Below are positions 8,113-16,946 of a DNA stretch of 32,345 nt, piece by piece. The position numbers and the translations under genes are program-made. This DNA is from a virus (Duplodnaviria > Caudoviricetes): positions 1 to 32,345 of the IMG/VR virus record IMGVR_UViG_3300037631_001546. The stretch is one strand, 5' to 3'. A model generated the notes under the pieces. That model had not been told where the DNA came from and searched no databases. It saw only the letters and a program-made list of their open reading frames with translations. The number at the start of each line of letters is the position of its first letter. The first letter of the stretch is position 1.

Positions 8113-8120
8113 CAAAAATA
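8113..8120 (-). promoter_or_regulatory. Bacteroidota -7 element, 4 nt upstream of the RusA-like start
   Basis: Minus strand reads TATTTTTG-TAAT-ATG, the same geometry as at ERF. Confidence 0.5.
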
Positions 8121-8147
8121 TATTTTTTTTTATATGTATTAATTTTT

Positions 8148-8155
8148 AATATTTG
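8148..8155 (+). promoter_or_regulatory. Near-consensus -7 element for the rightward replication operon
   Basis: AATATTTG (one mismatch to TAnnTTTG) 20 nt before the initiator ATG, in the divergent AT-rich gap. Confidence 0.4.
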
Positions 8156-8175
8156 CCCTCACAAAACAAATTTAT

Positions 8176-8859
8176 ATGAAAGAAACATTTTATTTCAGCC
8201 ACGATTATACCACGAGAGCTGATGAGAAAATTAAAGAGCTGATTTATCAGACTGGTATGGAAGGCTATGGAATCTACTGGGCAATTATTGAGGACTTATA
8301 TCAAAACGACAATGTATTAAAGTGCGATTATGCTCGTATAAGTTACGATTATCATTGCTCAAGTGAATTAGTAGAAAAAGTTGTAGAAAGTTTTAATTTA
8401 TTTAAGATAAAAAATGATACTTTTAGCAGCATTTCTATACAAAAAAGATTAGAACTTAGGGAGTCTAAATCGTTGAAAGCCAAGCAGTCAGCAGAAAAAA
8501 GATGGGGTAGCAATGCGAACGCATCCAAGTCGCATAACAGTCGCAATGCTATAAAGGAAAGTAAAGGAAAGGAAATTAAATTAAATATAGATAGCAATAA
8601 ATTGCTAAGTGTGTTTAATTCTATTTTAGGAAAGAAAGCAAGAGTTATACCAGAAAAAGCTAAGAAGCAATTAAAAGCAAGATTAAAAGAGGGTTATACT
8701 AAAGAGGATATAGTAAACGCTTTACGCAACGCATCTAAAGACCAACATCACTTAGATACTAATTATAAATATCTGACATTAGAGTTTATTACTCGACCAG
8801 ATAAGTTAGAGAGATTTGTTAATATGGGGGACTATAAAATAAAAACTCAAATATTATGA
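8176..8859 (+). CDS. Replication initiator (DUF4373/Lin1244-like N-terminus plus conserved phage C-terminal domain)
   Basis: YFSHDY..R.DEKI, GMEGYGIYWAIIE; C-terminal LKARLKEGYT...KYLTLEFITR..KLERF; directly upstream of the helicase. Confidence 0.8.
   Translation: MKETFYFSHDYTTRADEKIKELIYQTGMEGYGIYWAIIEDLYQNDNVLKCDYARISYDYHCSSELVEKVVESFNLFKIKNDTFSSISIQKRLELRESKSLKAKQSAEKRWGSNANASKSHNSRNAIKESKGKEIKLNIDSNKLLSVFNSILGKKARVIPEKAKKQLKARLKEGYTKEDIVNALRNASKDQHHLDTNYKYLTLEFITRPDKLERFVNMGDYKIKTQIL
8509..8586 (+). repeat. Putative replication origin: 11-bp-phased iterons plus A-rich pentamer array
   Basis: (A/C)GCA at 8509, 8520, 8531 and 8542; then TAAAG GAAAG TAAAG GAAAG GAAAT TAAAT TAAAT (8552-8586); located in the initiator linker. 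Confidence 0.6.
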
Positions 8860-9770
8860 TAAAATCTAACGGAGAAATATTAGAGCAATTATACCACTTG
8901 CATAAGAACGGAATACCAGAGGGAAGTAAAGTAGGTTTAAACGCTTTTGACGAACAACTAACATTTGTTAAGGGTGGTTGTACAGATATTACTGGATACC
9001 CTTTTTTCGGTAAGTCTTTATTTTTAAAAGAGATTATGATGGGCTTAACCCTTAATCAAAATTGGAGACATTGCGTTTATATGCCAGACGATGGAAGCGA
9101 CACGGAAGTAATATCCAACTTACTGCATAAAATGACTGGCAAAACATTTGAGAAAGGTTATCCTAATACAATTACTGAGAAGGAAATAAGCAAATATTCA
9201 AGCCAATTACTTGATAAATTTAAGTTTATATCAGCAGAGCATAGCATTGAGCCAGAAGCATTCTGGAATTACGCTAAGGAGAACGAATGCAATTCGGCAG
9301 TAATAGATAGCTGGAATTATTTAGCTCATAAAGGAGAGCCAACTAAGCCAGAGTATTTACGCAAGATATTGTCTATTAGAAATAGGTTTATGGAAGTAAA
9401 TAAGATGCATTCTTTTATAATTATACACCCTAAAAACCCAGACCCTAAACAAGTAAAAGATGGTAATGTAAAAAAGCCAAGCGTATATGATTTGATGGGA
9501 GGCTCAGAGTGGAATAACAATGGTAGAAACATTGTAGTAGTACATAAAAACTCTAAGGATAATCACGAGCCTTATAAGGTTACAATAGATAAAGTTAAGC
9601 CTAAACATTATGGGCAAAGAGGAGAGGTATTATTAAGTATGGATTGGGCTAAACAACGCTTTTATGAGTTTGACCCAGTATATAATAAAAAGACTTATGC
9701 CTATGGCAATGAAGAGAAGATAACAGACCCAATAAAACCAATAACACACAACACAAATGACCCCTTTTAA
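8856..9770 (+). CDS. SF4 (DnaB/Twinkle-like) replicative helicase, no primase domain
   Basis: Walker A GYPFFGKS, Walker B VIDSWN, IIIHP, YDLMGGSEW.N motifs. Confidence 0.85.
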   Translation: MIKSNGEILEQLYHLHKNGIPEGSKVGLNAFDEQLTFVKGGCTDITGYPFFGKSLFLKEIMMGLTLNQNWRHCVYMPDDGSDTEVISNLLHKMTGKTFEKGYPNTITEKEISKYSSQLLDKFKFISAEHSIEPEAFWNYAKENECNSAVIDSWNYLAHKGEPTKPEYLRKILSIRNRFMEVNKMHSFIIIHPKNPDPKQVKDGNVKKPSVYDLMGGSEWNNNGRNIVVVHKNSKDNHEPYKVTIDKVKPKHYGQRGEVLLSMDWAKQRFYEFDPVYNKKTYAYGNEEKITDPIKPITHNTNDPF

Positions 9771-10032
9771 CGATAGCAAAATAATACAAGAAGCAAGACA
9801 AGTAATATCAAGCATAGAACTTAAGTTAATGAAGCAACCAGTTAATCAAAATAAACAAAATAGCGTAGATAAACTCAATAGTTTAATGCACTATACTTGT
9901 TATTTAGAGAAGCAGAATTACGAATTTTATGATAAGTTTACAAATCAATTACAGAGGATTAAAATGCTTGAAAACCATATAGATAATCTGAAAAACAAAA
10001 TTAATGTTGATAAAAATATTAGGGAATTATAA
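9757..10032 (+). CDS. Hypothetical coiled-coil protein
   Basis: 91 aa in the operon, heptad-like C-terminus. Confidence 0.65.
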   Translation: MTPFNDSKIIQEARQVISSIELKLMKQPVNQNKQNSVDKLNSLMHYTCYLEKQNYEFYDKFTNQLQRIKMLENHIDNLKNKINVDKNIREL

Positions 10033-10058
10033 ACAATTTGTATAGACTTGCATACAAT

Positions 10059-10337
10059 ATGAACCACTACTATACGTCAGACGATGAACGAGTAGCTAAA
10101 AGCGTCATAGATAGAAGGATACACGAAGCGAAGGCAAATGCTTTAAGCGAACAATTCTGGGAGTACGGCTACAATTTTTGTACCGACTGCCTAAAATCAA
10201 ATGGAGTTAGGCTTGACTGCTCTCATAACATATCAGTAGACGAAGCTCAGAAAACAAGGCGAACGGAACTGGCTTGGGATGTAAATAATATTAAGGTAAG
10301 ATGCAGAGAATGCCACAGAAAACACGATAAGTTATGA
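10059..10337 (+). CDS. HNH/NinG-like endonuclease
   Basis: CTDC...DCSH...NNI...CRECH; ATG at 10059 preferred to TTG at 10038. Confidence 0.7.
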   Translation: MNHYYTSDDERVAKSVIDRRIHEAKANALSEQFWEYGYNFCTDCLKSNGVRLDCSHNISVDEAQKTRRTELAWDVNNIKVRCRECHRKHDKL

Positions 10338-11083
10338 ATATAATAAATTTTAGTGGTGGTAGAACTTCTGCATATATGACAAAGCGTTTGATTAATGAGG
10401 GTTTGTCTGATTATATTGTAACTTTTCAAAATACTGGCAAAGAAATGCCAGAAACTTTAGACTTTATAAATGAATGCGATAAGCGTTGGAATTTAAATAT
10501 AGTTTGGCTTGAGTATAGATACGGAAATAATTTTGACGTAGTAGATTATAAAACTGCATCACGTAATGGCAGACCTTTTGACGAGTTGATTGCTTGGAAT
10601 AAGGGTGCGTTACCTAATACGATGATGAGGTTTTGCACAAAGGAGATGAAAATTAATACACTAAAAAGATGGGCAAAAAGTATAGATGTTAAAGAATGGA
10701 ATCACTATGTCGGTATAAGGTATGATGAGCCGAGAAGATGGGGGAAAACATCTAAGTTGCCACAATATATGGAAATAGAACATCCTCTTGTTAAATGGAA
10801 AACAACAAAGGATGATGTATTAAAATGGTGGAGTAATCAAGATTTTAATCTAAATGTAAATGACCCTTATGGAAATTGTGATGGGTGTTTCTTAAAAGGT
10901 AAAGGTAAATTATCTATAATTGCAAAAGAACGCCCAGACTTATTTCAATGGTGGATAGATAAAGAAAATAAAAATCAATTTAAAAAAGAAATAACTTACA
11001 AACAAATAAAAGAAAAAAGCGAGTTGCAAAAAGGTTTATTTGATGGCGACCCATCGTTTGAGTGTTTTTGTAATATAGATTAA
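10334..11083 (+). CDS. PAPS-reductase/DndC-like PP-loop protein
   Basis: NFSGGRTS PP-loop, NTGKE, RFCT..MK, GIRYDE.RR, GNCDGCFLK, terminal CFC. Confidence 0.85.
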   Translation: MNIINFSGGRTSAYMTKRLINEGLSDYIVTFQNTGKEMPETLDFINECDKRWNLNIVWLEYRYGNNFDVVDYKTASRNGRPFDELIAWNKGALPNTMMRFCTKEMKINTLKRWAKSIDVKEWNHYVGIRYDEPRRWGKTSKLPQYMEIEHPLVKWKTTKDDVLKWWSNQDFNLNVNDPYGNCDGCFLKGKGKLSIIAKERPDLFQWWIDKENKNQFKKEITYKQIKEKSELQKGLFDGDPSFECFCNID

Positions 11084-11084
11084 T

Positions 11085-11270
11085 ATGAAAGGATTATATC
11101 AAGTAACTGCAATGAGAGCTAAGAAAGTAATTAGCTCAGAGGTCTATGGTAATATAGCTGAGAAAGATGTGCTATTTAATCGGCTAATGACAAGGCACAA
11201 AATTCCACACGCAAGACGACACGAATGGAAACTACAAGAAGTAAAATTAAATAAAGAAATAAATGACTAA
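11085..11270 (+). CDS. Hypothetical protein
   Basis: 61 aa tightly packed in the operon. Confidence 0.6.
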   Translation: MKGLYQVTAMRAKKVISSEVYGNIAEKDVLFNRLMTRHKIPHARRHEWKLQEVKLNKEIND

Positions 11271-11565
11271 AAAAGAACAAATGGCTCACTTCGGTTATAT
11301 GACTGGAGAGATGCGAAAAACATTATTTAGCAAGGGCGATGACTACGCTAATGAGGATAGGTTATCTAACTTTAAATTAGCTGGAGCTATTGCTGGAGGA
11401 GATGCAAGAACTAACTGCTTAAACCTAATATCTACTAAAGTTGCAAGATTAGGAGTATTGATTAACTCAAACCAAGAACCTAATAACGAGAGTATAGAAG
11501 ATAGCGTTTTGGATTTAGCAAATTATGCAGTACTTTTGTCAATGATAATAAACGAAAATAAATAA
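11263..11565 (+). CDS. Nucleotide-modification-associated domain protein (Nmad1/DUF1599-like)
   Basis: KGDDY...NF...KVARL...ESIEDSVLDLANYA pattern. Confidence 0.7.
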   Translation: MTKKEQMAHFGYMTGEMRKTLFSKGDDYANEDRLSNFKLAGAIAGGDARTNCLNLISTKVARLGVLINSNQEPNNESIEDSVLDLANYAVLLSMIINENK

Positions 11566-11566
11566 T

Positions 11567-11821
11567 ATGAACAAACAAGAAAAAACTTTCGCAGACGGAT
11601 TTATGTTTAAAATGAATCCTAATTCACCAGAGTGGGTGGTAGGTGGTCTTAGCTTAAAAGCTGATGACGCTATTGCCTTTATTCAGAAACACCAAGACAA
11701 AGGATGGGTCAATCTTAAAATTAACATCGGTAAAAGTGGAAAGCCATACGTTGAGCTTGATACTTGGAAGCCAGAACCAAAGAAGGAAATGGCTACCTCA
11801 GAGGAAAGCCTACCCTTTTGA
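11567..11821 (+). CDS. Small putative ssDNA-binding protein
   Basis: Beta-rich GWVNL.I...KSGKPYVELDTWKP and an SSB-like tail EESLPF. Confidence 0.5.
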   Translation: MNKQEKTFADGFMFKMNPNSPEWVVGGLSLKADDAIAFIQKHQDKGWVNLKINIGKSGKPYVELDTWKPEPKKEMATSEESLPF

Positions 11822-13170
11822 AATTAGAACAGATATATTTTGATGATAGCATACGAGATTATGCTCTTAAACTTACTGGCAATAAGCTGGAAGCAGAGGA
11901 GCTAATCTCTACTGCGTTTGAAATATGTTTGTCTAAGCCTCCTATTGAAAACCTTAAAGGCTATTTTGCAATGGTTATGCGTAACCAATATTTAAAGAAA
12001 TGCAAGAAGCAAGACCCTTACTTTGATAACGAAAACTCAGAGCATCCAGAAGTCGAGCAAGTCCTTGATAGGATGAATCACTATTACGCAAATATTCTAA
12101 GAGCCATTAGTAATGGAGAAACCTTAACCCAAATACACAAGGGTGCGTCTATTGGTTATAGAACGCTTAGAGATGACTATACGAAAGCTAAAAAACAATT
12201 TAAGATAATGTACGAGAATAAGATTAAGATAGCAGTTATTATAAGAGGTATTAACGGAGTGAGCTATCATAGGTTGCTTATGCCATTTGCTAAGATGCAG
12301 AGAGATTATGGTATTGAGGTAGTTGTATTGCTCAATAAAGATGATGAGTTTTTTAATAACTTAGAAGGAGTTACTCACGTTGTATACAATAGGAATATAT
12401 CTGGGCTATTGCAGCCAGAGGAAACATTTTTAAAGCTAAAAGCAAAAGGAATAAAAGTTATTTGTGATATAGACGATTATTGGGTATTGCCAAAAGGACA
12501 TCCAATGCGATACTATTACCAAAAAAGTAACCTTGATAAATGTATTGTCAAGAATTTAAAGTTAGCTGACCAGATATGGACAACAACTTCTATACTCGCA
12601 GATAAGGTAAAGCCATATAATAAAAATATTGTAGTAATTAAGAACGCTTTAGACCCAACAGAAAAACAATATGCTTACGATGATTTGAGCCTTAATTTTG
12701 ATACGTTCTTTTATTCTGGTGGTACTACTCACTTAAAAGATTTAAAGCTATTAGGGAACGCTTTTGACGATAGTAAGCTATTAATTAAAGCTCCAAGATT
12801 ACCTAAGCGAATGAAAGCTATAAAAAAACAGATTAGCGATATACAGAGCTATGCTGATGATTATAAACATTGTGGTATATGTGTAATACCTCTGCAAGAT
12901 AATGTATTTAATAGCTGCAAATCTGAGCTAAAAATGATTGAGGCTGGACACTTTGCAAAGCCAGTAATGGTGTCGGCAGTAGAACCTTATACTTTGCTAT
13001 CGACAAATAAAAATAGCCTAAAGGTATATAATAATGAGTGGGCTTCTGCAATTAAGAAGATTAAAGGCAACCACACAATGCAAGTAGATTTAGGCTTAAA
13101 GCTAAAAGAGGACATAACAATTAAACACGATATAACAAAAGAGAACGAAAAACGCTTACAATCATTATGA
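11818..13170 (+). CDS. Fusion of an ECF/sigma-70-like factor (N-terminal ~130 aa) and a GT-B glycosyltransferase (C-terminal ~320 aa)
   Basis: TTG start overlapping the upstream TGA. Sigma2-like YALKLTGNKLEAEELISTAF...LKGYFAMVMRN; sigma4-like HTH GETLTQIHKGASIGYRTLRDDYTKAKK. GT motifs GVSYHRL..P, DIDDYW, PLQDNVFNSCKSELKMIEAG. Confidence 0.75.
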   Translation: MKLEQIYFDDSIRDYALKLTGNKLEAEELISTAFEICLSKPPIENLKGYFAMVMRNQYLKKCKKQDPYFDNENSEHPEVEQVLDRMNHYYANILRAISNGETLTQIHKGASIGYRTLRDDYTKAKKQFKIMYENKIKIAVIIRGINGVSYHRLLMPFAKMQRDYGIEVVVLLNKDDEFFNNLEGVTHVVYNRNISGLLQPEETFLKLKAKGIKVICDIDDYWVLPKGHPMRYYYQKSNLDKCIVKNLKLADQIWTTTSILADKVKPYNKNIVVIKNALDPTEKQYAYDDLSLNFDTFFYSGGTTHLKDLKLLGNAFDDSKLLIKAPRLPKRMKAIKKQISDIQSYADDYKHCGICVIPLQDNVFNSCKSELKMIEAGHFAKPVMVSAVEPYTLLSTNKNSLKVYNNEWASAIKKIKGNHTMQVDLGLKLKEDITIKHDITKENEKRLQSL

Positions 13171-13352
13171 GTGAGGAATTAGAAACAAGAATACGAGCTA
13201 TCTATAATATGAAAGGTGGCAGACTTGACCCAAGTTTATATAATGAATTTATAGAGCTATGCCAAGAGAACTTTAGATATAGACCAGATGTAAGTTGTGG
13301 TAAGTGCATCTATAAGCACGTTGTTAAATTATATGATAAATTTTTAAAATGA
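13167..13352 (+). CDS. Small CxxC hypothetical protein
   Basis: 61 aa, SCGKC, ATGA overlaps at both ends. Confidence 0.65.
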   Translation: MSEELETRIRAIYNMKGGRLDPSLYNEFIELCQENFRYRPDVSCGKCIYKHVVKLYDKFLK

Positions 13353-13918
13353 AAGTAAAATTAAAAGACCTAAAAGCAAATCCTAATAATCCAAGATATA
13401 TTAGAGATGAAAAGTTTGAAAAATTAAAGAAGTCAATACAAGACTTTCCAGAGATGTTAAAGCTACGACCAGTTGTCATAGATGATGATATGATGGTATT
13501 GGGTGGCAATATGCGTTTAAAGGCATTAACAGAGCTTGGAATAGATGAAGTAGAGGTAATAAAAGCAAAAGACCTAACAGAGAAGCAGAAAGCTGAGTTT
13601 ATTATTAAGGATAATGTAGGCTTTGGAGATTGGGACTGGGATATGTTAGCGAACGAGTGGGATAATACCCAGCTTGGCGAATGGGGTTTAGATGTTTGGC
13701 AACCAGAAGAGGAAGTTGATTATTCTATTTTAGATGATGAGGATTTGAGTCAAGAGCTAAACGATATGACTGATGGTGTTAAAAAAGCAATACAGATAGA
13801 GTTTGAAGCTGAACATTACGAAGAGGCCACAGAGCTGGTTAAATTCTGGAGAGAACAAGGTGCTTATATTGGTGGAATGATAATAGAATACTTGAAAGCC
13901 GAAAAGAATAAATTATGA
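13349..13918 (+). CDS. ParB/Srx N-terminal domain protein
   Basis: NPNNPR, RPVVID, LGGNMRLKAL, IKDN..FGDWD; acidic linker; no methylase domain. Confidence 0.9.
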   Translation: MKVKLKDLKANPNNPRYIRDEKFEKLKKSIQDFPEMLKLRPVVIDDDMMVLGGNMRLKALTELGIDEVEVIKAKDLTEKQKAEFIIKDNVGFGDWDWDMLANEWDNTQLGEWGLDVWQPEEEVDYSILDDEDLSQELNDMTDGVKKAIQIEFEAEHYEEATELVKFWREQGAYIGGMIIEYLKAEKNKL

Positions 13919-14628
13919 GGTGTTTAGTTTGCATACCAAGCAAAAACAGACCTAACAATATTAAAAAATTTGTTGAGCCATTTATGAAAAAATTAGGCTT
14001 AGAATACAAAATATTTGTAGAGCCTCAAGACCTTAAATCTTACAATTTTAAAAATGTCGTTTCTTTAGATTCAAATAACAAAGGCTTAGGCTATTCAATG
14101 TCACAAGCTAAAAAATATTGTATAGAGAATGGTTATGATATTTGCTTTAAAATAGATGATGATGTCATTTCAATAGGTGAGATAGAAAAAGATATTAATA
14201 AAATTCTTGACGCATTTAAAATAAATAAAATTGGTGCAGTTGTTTTCCCTTATGATTTTGAATTTTATGCTAAAACAAATAAATTATTTACAAGGGTTAA
14301 TAAAAGAGTGCAAACTTGCTATTTAATTAGAACAGAAATATTTAACCCTCAACAAGAAGTTTCTACATTTGAGGACTTTTATCAGTTTTTAAACCTAATT
14401 TCAAAAGGATATAATACTTTGTATTGTTCAAGACATTTAATAAAATGTAATGCAGTTGGGTCTGGTAATGGTGGGCTACAAGATTTTGATAGGTCTGAAA
14501 TGGCATTAAAGGAAATAAATATATTTAAAAGTATTGACCCTACAATAGAAGTAATTAGTAAGCCGAACAAACCTTGGAAATATGAGCCAAAATTTACAGA
14601 CAAAAAATATAGAAGTAAACAGATATGA
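13915..14628 (+). CDS. TET-associated/GREB1-like GT-A glycosyltransferase
   Basis: IPSKNRP, IFVEPQD..Y, IDDD, FED, GGLQ motifs; adjacent to the TET/JBP gene. Confidence 0.75.
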   Translation: MRCLVCIPSKNRPNNIKKFVEPFMKKLGLEYKIFVEPQDLKSYNFKNVVSLDSNNKGLGYSMSQAKKYCIENGYDICFKIDDDVISIGEIEKDINKILDAFKINKIGAVVFPYDFEFYAKTNKLFTRVNKRVQTCYLIRTEIFNPQQEVSTFEDFYQFLNLISKGYNTLYCSRHLIKCNAVGSGNGGLQDFDRSEMALKEINIFKSIDPTIEVISKPNKPWKYEPKFTDKKYRSKQI

Positions 14629-15419
14629 AAAGAATAGATTTAGTGCAAGTAGAACACCAAACAAGGATTGGAGATGAATGCAAGTTTATTCCTCCTAATA
14701 TAACAGAAGATTCTATATTTTATGCAGACGGAGAACCAATAGGATTTTATATGACTAAGATGCCAGAAAAGATGTGCAAACTTGCTGATTTAGCGAACGC
14801 TGAATTTAATAGTAAAAATGTACCTAAAGCAGAAATGAGTAGAGGGCCTCAAGGAAGTAAAAAAGACAAGGCAGAAAGAGCTAAAGCTGGTATTAAATTA
14901 GTAACTCAAATGAGTGCAATATTAGGCAGCGTTCCACCTAAACCACATATGAGGCGACCATACCCAACAAGGTCAAGCGTACATTCTGTTAAGTCTGCAA
15001 ACACCTTTATAAAAGCTATGTTATTATTAGCTAAAGAAAGTGAGCAGCTAATTAAAAATATATTACCAGAACAATACAAAAACCAATTAGATTTATTTGA
15101 AGATGTACCAAAGGAATGGAGGTTTGCAAACCTATTTACAAGCTCGATTAGTAATTATAATATATCAGCTCCGTTTCATAGAGATACTGGCAATATAAAA
15201 GGAGCAGTTAATGTGATAATATGTAAGAAGCATAATTCAAAAGGAGGAGATTTACATATACCAGATTACAATGCAACCATAGGTCAGCAAGATAATTCAA
15301 TATTAGTGTATCCAGCTTGGAGAAATGTTCACGGAGTTACGCCAATTATACCCACTTATGAGGGTGGTTATAGAAATAGTTTAATTTTTTATCCATTAAA
15401 AGCATTTAAAGGTTTATGA
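14625..15419 (+). CDS. TET/JBP-family 2OG-Fe(II) dioxygenase
   Basis: FTS..SNYN...FHRD (HxD), GG.L..PDY, HGVTPI, RNSLIFY (RxS). Confidence 0.85.
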   Translation: MKRIDLVQVEHQTRIGDECKFIPPNITEDSIFYADGEPIGFYMTKMPEKMCKLADLANAEFNSKNVPKAEMSRGPQGSKKDKAERAKAGIKLVTQMSAILGSVPPKPHMRRPYPTRSSVHSVKSANTFIKAMLLLAKESEQLIKNILPEQYKNQLDLFEDVPKEWRFANLFTSSISNYNISAPFHRDTGNIKGAVNVIICKKHNSKGGDLHIPDYNATIGQQDNSILVYPAWRNVHGVTPIIPTYEGGYRNSLIFYPLKAFKGL

Positions 15420-15796
15420 GTACAAAAAATGACATACAAAAGGCTGCAATGCTTGAGGCTTTAGAAAAGTCATTAGGTATAGTTACATCTGCTTGTAAGT
15501 CAGTTGGAATAAGTAGGAACACTCACTACACTTGGCTAAAGCAAGACGATATATACAAAGAAGCAGTAGAGGACATAGAGAATATAGCCTTAGACTTTGC
15601 CGAGAGCCAACTACATAAACAGATAAAAAAAGGTAATACTGCTGGTACTATTTTTTACCTAAAGACAAAAGGCAAGAAAAGAGGATATGTAGAACGTACT
15701 GAGGTGCAGCAAGAAACTACTTATAAGAGCTTAGACATAAACATTATAGATACTGGCATACCTTTAGCCTCAAATGAGAAAGATATAGTTGATTAG
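15416..15796 (+). CDS. terS: Terminase small subunit
   Basis: HTH LGIVTSACKSVGISRNTHYTW, DFAESQL, IFYLKTKGKKRGYVER; directly upstream of TerL. Confidence 0.8.
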   Translation: MSTKNDIQKAAMLEALEKSLGIVTSACKSVGISRNTHYTWLKQDDIYKEAVEDIENIALDFAESQLHKQIKKGNTAGTIFYLKTKGKKRGYVERTEVQQETTYKSLDINIIDTGIPLASNEKDIVD

Positions 15797-16946
15797 TACA
15801 TCTGCCCTATATCGTCAAAACTTTGTATCTAATGCAGATATAGTAGTTAATCAAGGTGGTACATCCTCTGGTAAGACCTATGCTATTTTGCAAGTATTAT
15901 TTGCTAAGGCTATCTCAGAGACTTGTATTATTACTATTGTAGGTCAAGACATACCTAATTTAAAGGTGGGTGCTTTAAGAGATGCGATAGATATACATAA
16001 TGGCGATGAGGCTATAAAACAGCAAGTAACTTTCTACAATAGGTCGGATAGAGTGTTTAGCTTTATGAATGGCTCTATAATGGAGTTTAATTCCTACGAT
16101 AATGACCAAGACGCAAAGTCTGGTAAGAGGGATTATCTATTCGTAAACGAGGCTAACGGCATACCCTACAATATATTTGAGCAATTAAGTCTTAGAACTC
16201 GTAAGCAAGTCTATATAGATTACAACCCAGATACGAGCTTTTGGGTACACGATAAAGTAATACCAATACCCAGCACAGAATTAATAATATCAGACCATAG
16301 GCATAACCCTTTCCTAAGTGATAAGATTAGAGAGAAGATAGAAGCCCTTAAAAGCAAAGATTTAGACCTATGGAAAGTATATGCAAGAGGTATTACTGGG
16401 CGAATAGAAGGGCTTATATTTAAGAAGTGGTATGTATTGAATGATAGCTTTGAAGATAAAAAGCTAATAGGGTATGGAATAGATTTTGGTTTTTCAAATG
16501 ACCCAAGCACATTAATAGAGGTTAGGATGCAAGATGGAGAATTGTACGTTAAGGAGTTGATATATGAAACTGGCTTAACTAATCAAGATATAAGCAGTAG
16601 AATGGATGCTTTAAACGTAAGCAGAGGAGCTTTAATAGTAGCAGATAGTGCTGAGCCTAAGAGTATAGAGGAGCTAAGGCGATTAAGATGGACAATAGAT
16701 GGAGTAAAAAAGGGCAAAGATAGTGTTATGTTTGGCATTAATCTTTTGAAAGGTTACGCAATTAACGTACATTCGTCAAGTAAGAACCTAATAAAAGAGC
16801 TTGAACAATATAAATGGAAGGTAAATAAGAACGGAGATAGCCTTAACGTACCTATTGACGATTATAATCACGCAATAGATGCTTTGAGGTATTTAATAAT
16901 GCATAAATTTAGTAAGAAAGGATATGGACAGTATACAGTTTTATGA
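15789..16946 (+). CDS. terL: Terminase large subunit (PBSX/SPP1-like)
   Basis: Walker A QGGTSSGKT, FVNEAN, DYNP, nuclease GIDFGFSNDP, ADSAEPKSI, NHAIDALRY. Confidence 0.95.
   Translation: MISTSALYRQNFVSNADIVVNQGGTSSGKTYAILQVLFAKAISETCIITIVGQDIPNLKVGALRDAIDIHNGDEAIKQQVTFYNRSDRVFSFMNGSIMEFNSYDNDQDAKSGKRDYLFVNEANGIPYNIFEQLSLRTRKQVYIDYNPDTSFWVHDKVIPIPSTELIISDHRHNPFLSDKIREKIEALKSKDLDLWKVYARGITGRIEGLIFKKWYVLNDSFEDKKLIGYGIDFGFSNDPSTLIEVRMQDGELYVKELIYETGLTNQDISSRMDALNVSRGALIVADSAEPKSIEELRRLRWTIDGVKKGKDSVMFGINLLKGYAINVHSSSKNLIKELEQYKWKVNKNGDSLNVPIDDYNHAIDALRYLIMHKFSKKGYGQYTVL

Noticed and set aside
10334-11083. PAPS reductase as a sulfur-assimilation auxiliary metabolic gene or a full Dnd phosphorothioation system
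   Set aside because: No other cys or dnd genes are present; the context points to a phage DNA-modification-associated family.
11764-11817. N-terminal extension of the sigma-GT ORF in the track
   Set aside because: Overlaps the upstream gene; TTG at 11818 gives the usual 4-nt coupling and starts at the sigma domain.
13349-13918. ParB as evidence of a plasmid-prophage partition system
   Set aside because: Only the N-terminal ParB/Srx domain is present, with no ParA; the context is modification and packaging.
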